A stretch of DNA of 21,854 nt from an uncultured Halobacteria archaeon (GTDB taxonomy: Archaea; Halobacteriota; Syntropharchaeia; Alkanophagales; Methanospirareceae). The stretch covers positions 1 to 21,854 of the forward strand of contig CAYUEX010000015.1 in assembly GCA_964443855.1 (NCBI GenBank), in the 5' to 3' direction. Of this stretch, positions 17,005 to 21,854 are shown piece by piece. The notes beneath the pieces were generated by a model. The model was not told the origin of the DNA. It saw only the letters and a program-made list of their open reading frames with translations, and made no database searches. Positions within the stretch are counted from its first letter, which is position 1. The number at the start of each line of letters is the position of its first letter. Position numbers and translations under genes: made by a program.

Positions 17005-18903
17005 ATGTTTGGCAAAATAAAGTGCAGTAATTGTGGAGCAGTGAACGATAAAAAGAGTACGTTCTGCTTACAGTGTGGAAGCCCTTTGTCTGGGACAACA
17101 TGTAGTAGCTGCGGCAAGCCATTGGGTCAGAATGTTGACTTCTGCCCGCACTGCGGTGCACGTATCAGTGACGTTGCAGAACGCCGGGGTGACGTGACAC
17201 CGGTTGTGGAAGAGAAGGGTAAAGTAAGGGTGTGGCAACGGAACCCGAACGACTTTGCACGGCGATTCGAGGTCAGTGACATCAAAGGATTGTTCAGCAA
17301 GAAGATAACCGTTATGTCCGGCACAAAAGCACTCTTTTTACAAGGCGGGCGATTTTCCGGGGACTTACCTCCCGGGACGTACACCGTTGGCGGCCTTACC
17401 CAGGCGATAAAAACTCTGAATCTCGCAGAAAAGGCGACCGTAATCCTGGTTGATGACGCGGATGTTGGGCTTGACTTCAGCATCGGCGGCTTGCGAACAA
17501 AGGAGAACTTTGATGCTGGTGTGAAAGGGCGGATCGTGGTGAATACCGAGGAGCCGATACTCCTTTTCAACAATCTCATGAAAGGTCGGGAACACGTAGA
17601 GGCAACCGAGCTTGAAGCTCTGCTGCGGAACGAGATGCTGAATGTACTGCAATCGAAGCTCCAGCAGTATTCGTTCGAGGAGTTGTACGGCAATCTCGAC
17701 TTGAAGAAAGAGCTCGAACAGGACTTTGAACACCAGTTGAGCACAACCTTGAGTCGCGTTGGTCTAAAACTCGTCCACATGCCCTATTTTGATTATGATG
17801 AAAGCTACTGGAAGGATTTGATTGAAAAAGGAGCTAGGATTGACAAAGAAGGAGCGAAGCTCGGGTTAGAGGAGCAAGAGGAAGGTCTTGAGGATAAGCG
17901 ACTCGGACTCACGAAGCGGATGCGAGCACGGCTCACGGATGATACGATGAATGAATTCCGGAATGCCGAGGATTTGGAGAAGTTTGTGTACGAGCTCGAT
18001 AAGGATAAAGTCATCCGCGATAACGAGATGATCGAGCTCAAACAGATATTTGATGAGAATCACGAGGATCGAGCGTTTGCACGCGATATGATGCTCAAAC
18101 GAGTGGAACAGCGGCATGAGCTGGATATGGACGCCGAACGTGCCGAACACGAACGAGAGAAGAAGATAAAGGACGCTGAAGCAAGAATCAGTATAGAAGA
18201 AAAGGAAGATGAAGCAGATGCACGAGCCGCACGCGAGGGAATCGATATACTCAACAAAATGCGAGCGGCAAAGCGTGAGGATGCCGCGGGTATTCAAGCG
18301 CTTGAGCTGGAGAAGCTGCAGAAAGAGGCAGAGCTTGAAGTGGAACGGTTAAAAGCGCGATCTGCGGCAACGGACGAAGCGCTCATTTCTATGGCTGAAG
18401 GCAGACAGGCAGAGCAGCTCGGTGAACTAGCACGAATGAAGGCGGCAACGGGTCTTACCGAGGAGCAGATACTCGCACTTGGCGCAAAGGATAGCGCAGC
18501 AGTTGCGGATGCGTTCAAAGAGAAATACAAATCGATGAGCACCGAGCAAATAATGAAAATGTACGAAGATCGACTGGGGGATAAGGATAACCTCGCACAG
18601 GTGATCCAGGAGATATCGGACAAAGGTGGCGATCGTATGGAGCGTATGGCTGCCAAAGCGCTTGAGCAGATGGGTATCACGGCCTCCACGCGAGCGCAAG
18701 GTGCAGCACCCGGAGGCACCACCGTTGTTACTGGCGGTGGCGGAGGTATGCAGCCCGTCGTGATCGGTGGCGCTCCCCAAGCAGCATCAGCACCTCCTCC
18801 AGACGTGAAGAAGGTCGTTATCTGTCCCGAATGCAATGCTGAACTGCCCGTCGGCACGAAGTTCTGCACCAATTGCGGTGTACAAATAGGCAGGAAGGAG
18901 TGA
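17005..18903 (+). CDS. SPFH (band-7, PF13421/COG4260-like) domain protein with N-terminal double zinc ribbon, long central coiled-coil, Gly-rich segment and C-terminal zinc ribbon; 632 aa
   Basis: N-terminus KCSNCGAVNDKKSTFCLQCGSPL..CSSCGKPLGQNVDFCPHCGARI. SPFH-like core VRVWQRNPNDFARRFEVSDIKGLFSKKITVMSGTKALFLQGGRFSGDLPPGTYTVGG. Residues about 280-480 are E/K/R-rich coiled-coil. C-terminus VICPECNAELPVGTKFCTNCGVQIG. AGAGGT RBS 8 nt upstream. Confidence 0.72.
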   Translation: MFGKIKCSNCGAVNDKKSTFCLQCGSPLSGTTCSSCGKPLGQNVDFCPHCGARISDVAERRGDVTPVVEEKGKVRVWQRNPNDFARRFEVSDIKGLFSKKITVMSGTKALFLQGGRFSGDLPPGTYTVGGLTQAIKTLNLAEKATVILVDDADVGLDFSIGGLRTKENFDAGVKGRIVVNTEEPILLFNNLMKGREHVEATELEALLRNEMLNVLQSKLQQYSFEELYGNLDLKKELEQDFEHQLSTTLSRVGLKLVHMPYFDYDESYWKDLIEKGARIDKEGAKLGLEEQEEGLEDKRLGLTKRMRARLTDDTMNEFRNAEDLEKFVYELDKDKVIRDNEMIELKQIFDENHEDRAFARDMMLKRVEQRHELDMDAERAEHEREKKIKDAEARISIEEKEDEADARAAREGIDILNKMRAAKREDAAGIQALELEKLQKEAELEVERLKARSAATDEALISMAEGRQAEQLGELARMKAATGLTEEQILALGAKDSAAVADAFKEKYKSMSTEQIMKMYEDRLGDKDNLAQVIQEISDKGGDRMERMAAKALEQMGITASTRAQGAAPGGTTVVTGGGGGMQPVVIGGAPQAASAPPPDVKKVVICPECNAELPVGTKFCTNCGVQIGRKE

Positions 18904-18921
18904 GCTTTTGGTTGCCAGAGA

Positions 18922-18997
18922 GGGTACGGAGCAGATAACGTAACCTATCGTACTGTTTTGCCGTACCTACCCTAAAAGTGGAGACGATCGAAAATCG
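18922..18997 (+). terminator. Possible terminator region downstream of the SPFH gene (inverted repeats plus oligo-T)
   Basis: ggtacgg (18922-18928) / ccgtacc (18960-18966) enclose an oligo-T (ctgttttg, about 18951-18958). A second small hairpin ACGATCGAAAATCGT is at about 18983-18997. Confidence 0.25.
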
Positions 18998-19109
18998 TAA
19001 ATCATATAAAAAAGATCGGCCTTTGCAATTTTGCGTATAGTAACGCAGGGGAGGGGAAGGAAAATGGTTGGAAATAAATTAAAATTAGCGGGAGAAAGGG
19101 GTGGTAGCG

Positions 19110-20849
19110 ATGCGTAAAAGTTTGATCGTTAGAATAGCAATCGTAATCGTGTTTTTAGGGTTAGGATTAGCTACGACTGCACAGGCGCAGAGCGATGCAG
19201 GACTTGTCGCTGAATGGCACTTTGATGAAGGTTCTGGAAACATATTAAAGGATAGCTCAGGAAACGGGAATGATGGAACCATTTACGGTGCCACGTGGAC
19301 AACGGGCATTTCGGGGAAGGCGTTGAGTTTTGACGGAGTGGATGATTATGTTGACTTAGGGAATGCATTAAACTTTGGAACTAGTGATTTTAGCGTAGAA
19401 GCTTGGATTAAAGTAGAAGGTGATAGTATTAAATCGTATCAGACCATTATCTCTGATGACTATGGCCCGTGGACTTTGTATTCTTTCGAGGTCAGAGAAT
19501 CAGATGGTCATCCTTTTATAGTGCTACGCGATAATGAAAAAGACGGTTTAGTTTCAGAAGGTTCTGTTTCTCTAAGAGATAACAAATTACACCATATTGT
19601 CGCTGTAAGAGATGGAACTAGGGCCTATTTATATGTAGATGGTAGTTTCGTTGACTCGGACGAAAATGAAAATCTTGGAGCAATTGATAGTGGACATAAT
19701 GATTGGATAGGTTATAAACCCGATAATAACGGCGCTTTCAACGGCATCATTGACGAAATCCGCATTTACAACCGCGCTTTGAGTGCTGAGGAAATAAAAG
19801 CGCATTACGATGCTTTAACAGGATCTGCACCAGCAGCGCCTCCAATGCAAAAACCAACCGTTTCGACAGTGAGCGATGAAGGACTCTTGGCTGAATGGCA
19901 TTTCGACGAAGGTTCTGCTACTGTTCTGAGGGACAGCTCAGGCTATGGAAATGATGGTACCATTCACGGCGCAACGTGGACAACGGGTATTTCGGGGACG
20001 GCGTTGCAGTTTGATGGGGTGAATGACCATGTAGTAGTACCAGAGAGTCCTCTTTGGGATTTTAGAACTGGTGATTTCACAGTAAGTTTTTGGTTTATGA
20101 AGTTAAATACTGCTAGAGGATGGGCTTTTTCTTTTGGTTCAGGGCTTCAAAATAATCTATGCTTTGATTTTGACGACCCGGATGCAGGGGGTTGGGGTGC
20201 ATGGGTCTATTGGATGAGTGGTGGCGCACCCCATGTGCGGACAAAAAACACCTATTACGATGGTAATTGGCATTATCTTTCATTTACCAGAACAGGAAAT
20301 ATTTTTGAGTTGTATATTGACGGTAATCCTATTGCTCAAACCGCAGATTCCAGCGATATCGAAATAATCGGAGACGTATATATTGGAGCATTTCCCGGAG
20401 GGAGCGGATATTTGGGAGCCAGCTATGTGGGGGGTTATTTCAAAGGCCTCATCGACGAAGTCCGCATCTACAACCGTGCTCTCTCTGCCAGTGAAATAAA
20501 AGCGCAGTACGAAACTCCTGGAGCATCCGCTCCCGCGTCAACGGTAACGCCAACACCCACTTCTGCCATATCTTATCCGTCTACCGTCGAAGCACCCACG
20601 GCAACCCCAAGCGCTGAAGCGCAAGCACGAAATAGCCGGTTAATGCTTTATGGCCTCATCGGCGCTATCGGCGTCGTCGGTATCGTAATCGCCGTGAAGG
20701 TCGGTGGTAACGTAGCCTCGAAAGCACGGGTGAAAAAGGATGAGAAAATGCGGGAGCAACAAGAACGGGAGGAATACGAGCGGAAAATCAAGGAGTGGGA
20801 GGATCAAGGTTATGTCGTTTCTGAAATGAAGGAGGAGCTGAAGAAATGA
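19110..20849 (+). CDS. Surface-anchored protein with two LamG_3 (concanavalin A-like lectin) domains, Thr/Pro/Ser linker, C-terminal TM and charged cytoplasmic tail; about 579 aa
   Basis: I chose ATG 19110 (MRKSLIVRIAIVIVFLGLGLATTAQAQS signal; GGAGAAAGGGGTGG RBS). The ORF track uses GTG 19101. Each LamG_3 domain starts LVAEWHFDEGSG..L(K/R)DSSG(N/Y)GNDGTI(Y/H)GATWTTGISG and ends IDE(I/V)RIYNRALSA(E/S)EIKA(H/Q)Y. TM LMLYGLIGAIGVVGIVIAVKV. The stop overlaps the next ATG (ATGA at 20846-20849). Confidence 0.8.
   Translation: MRKSLIVRIAIVIVFLGLGLATTAQAQSDAGLVAEWHFDEGSGNILKDSSGNGNDGTIYGATWTTGISGKALSFDGVDDYVDLGNALNFGTSDFSVEAWIKVEGDSIKSYQTIISDDYGPWTLYSFEVRESDGHPFIVLRDNEKDGLVSEGSVSLRDNKLHHIVAVRDGTRAYLYVDGSFVDSDENENLGAIDSGHNDWIGYKPDNNGAFNGIIDEIRIYNRALSAEEIKAHYDALTGSAPAAPPMQKPTVSTVSDEGLLAEWHFDEGSATVLRDSSGYGNDGTIHGATWTTGISGTALQFDGVNDHVVVPESPLWDFRTGDFTVSFWFMKLNTARGWAFSFGSGLQNNLCFDFDDPDAGGWGAWVYWMSGGAPHVRTKNTYYDGNWHYLSFTRTGNIFELYIDGNPIAQTADSSDIEIIGDVYIGAFPGGSGYLGASYVGGYFKGLIDEVRIYNRALSASEIKAQYETPGASAPASTVTPTPTSAISYPSTVEAPTATPSAEAQARNSRLMLYGLIGAIGVVGIVIAVKVGGNVASKARVKKDEKMREQQEREEYERKIKEWEDQGYVVSEMKEELKK
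19173..19355 (+). repeat. 183-bp nucleotide repeat (signal-peptide end + LamG_3 domain start), copy 1; copy 2 at 20942-21124
   Basis: acgactgcacaggcgcagagcgatgc(a/c)ggacttgt(c/g)gctgaatggcac...gttgagttttga(c/t)gg is shared at about 85% identity and in identical register in the two adjacent genes. Confidence 0.6.
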
Positions 20850-21854
20850 AGCTGCATATTGTAGTTCCGCATTGGGGGGATAAAGTCAAAGCAGTCTTAG
20901 GAATAATACTTGTCATTTCGTTTTTGGGGCGCGGGTTTGTTACGACTGCACAGGCGCAGAGCGATGCCGGACTTGTGGCTGAATGGCACTTCGACGAGGG
21001 TTCTGGAACTATTTTGAGGGATAGTTCGGGCAATGGCAATGATGGAATGATTCGTGGTGCGACATGGACAACCGGGATTTCGGGAAAGGCGTTGAGTTTT
21101 GATGGGAAGGATGATTGTGTTGAAGCGCCCCTCACCGAATCTTTAACGGATGATCTGTCAGTCGAATTCTGGATGAGGAATAGTGTCATACTCTCAGATC
21201 AGACGCGGATTGTCGATTTAGGAAGATCTTCAAGCACGGGGTTTCAGCTCTGCGAGTGGAAAGACGGCTCAATAATCGTTGATAATACCGGTGGTCCCGC
21301 TGCAAATGTCAAAACGCAGGAGCCATACAATGATGGATACTGGCATCATGTGGTTGGAGTGAGGAAAGGAAATGAGTACCGGCTGTATGTTGATGGCATC
21401 TATGTCAATTCGATAACCGGAACGATTCCTTTGTATGATTATGTTTTCATTGGTAAGCGGGCTCCCATCGGGGATTTGTGTTTCTTTGATGGATTTATTG
21501 ATGAAATTCGCATCTACAACCGTGCTTTGAGTTCTGGCGAAATAAAAGCGCATTACGATGCTTTTACTGCACCCTCCGTTCCGTCAACGGTAACGTCAAC
21601 GTCCACACCAACTCCTGTACCTTCAGTGAGTGACGCTAACCTTGTTGCCGAATGGCACTTTGACGAAGGTTCAGGAACTATTCTGAGAGATAGCTCAGGC
21701 AATGGCAACGACGGAACGATTCATGGCGCAACGTGGACAACCGGTATTTCAGGGAAGGCGTTGAGCTTTGACGGAAAGGATGATTATATAGACTGCGGTA
21801 ATGATGCGAGTTTGGATATTACTGACGAGATTACGATTGAGGCGTGGGTGAAAA
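20846..21854 (+). CDS. Second LamG_3-repeat surface protein (paralog of 19110..20849); 3' end truncated by the window
   Basis: Not in the ORF track because there is no stop before the window end. My translation from ATG 20846 is open to 21854: MKLHIVVPHWGDKVKAVLGIILVISFLGRGFVTTAQAQSDAGLVAEWHFDEGSGTILRDSSGNGNDG...IDEIRIYNRALSSGEIKAHYDAF...LVAEWHFDEGSGTILRDSSGNGNDGTIHGATWTTGISGKALSFDG. It includes two LamG_3 starts. Confidence 0.7.
   Translation, partial: MKLHIVVPHWGDKVKAVLGIILVISFLGRGFVTTAQAQSDAGLVAEWHFDEGSGTILRDSSGNGNDGMIRGATWTTGISGKALSFDGKDDCVEAPLTESLTDDLSVEFWMRNSVILSDQTRIVDLGRSSSTGFQLCEWKDGSIIVDNTGGPAANVKTQEPYNDGYWHHVVGVRKGNEYRLYVDGIYVNSITGTIPLYDYVFIGKRAPIGDLCFFDGFIDEIRIYNRALSSGEIKAHYDAFTAPSVPSTVTSTSTPTPVPSVSDANLVAEWHFDEGSGTILRDSSGNGNDGTIHGATWTTGISGKALSFDGKDDYIDCGNDASLDITDEITIEAWVK

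Noticed and set aside
17127-18872. Minus-strand ORFs (217, 192, 143, 122, 117 aa) inside the SPFH gene
   Set aside because: Antisense or shadow frames of a gene with strong domain evidence. Compositionally biased (Ser/Ala/Arg-rich).
20788-21553. Minus-strand ORFs of 133 aa and 94 aa
   Set aside because: Antisense to the second LamG-repeat gene, which is open in frame from 20846 to the window end and is paralogous to the preceding gene.

Overview
This 21.9 kb window looks archaeal (euryarchaeal, Methanosarcinales-like). I infer that from gene content only: a GGR-family FAD reductase, a single-domain KaiC-like ATPase, DUF2341/LamG surface proteins, ATGA gene overlaps and AT-rich intergenic regions. 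The left third is ordinary housekeeping. On the minus strand it carries an amtB-glnK (P-II) nitrogen operon with a downstream hairpin/T-tract and a geranylgeranyl-reductase family gene. On the plus strand it carries a KaiC-like ATPase with a degenerate P-loop, a TSUP/TauE-type permease and a DUF1294 membrane protein. From about 6 kb onward everything is on the plus strand and looks accessory. There are two small paralogous hypothetical genes, one of them translationally coupled to a coiled-coil protein. The main feature is a tandem array of five paralogous single-pass membrane proteins (8457-16890). Their N-terminal ectodomains are unrelated to one another (DUF2341/concanavalin-like, an acidic Trp-rich domain, none, or a 2-TM hairpin). 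Each then has one TM helix, a basic/Pro-rich juxtamembrane linker that carries a conserved KPQPP motif in three members, and a conserved predicted-cytoplasmic module: a CARDB-like beta-sandwich, a helical domain with a CP(M/L/F)LK motif, a DSVVQRS-IG motif, and a C-terminal CxxCG-N9-FCPxCG zinc ribbon. I do not recognise this module as any characterised family. Two members share about 80-85% nucleotide identity across their entire 3' halves but have unrelated 5' halves. Three members are followed immediately by a conserved 36-nt 3' element. Directly downstream is a 632-aa SPFH (band-7, COG4260-like) protein with zinc ribbons at both termini and a long coiled-coil, followed by two tandem LamG_3-repeat surface-anchored proteins that share a 183-bp nucleotide-level repeat. 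I see no rRNA, tRNA, CRISPR or transposase.
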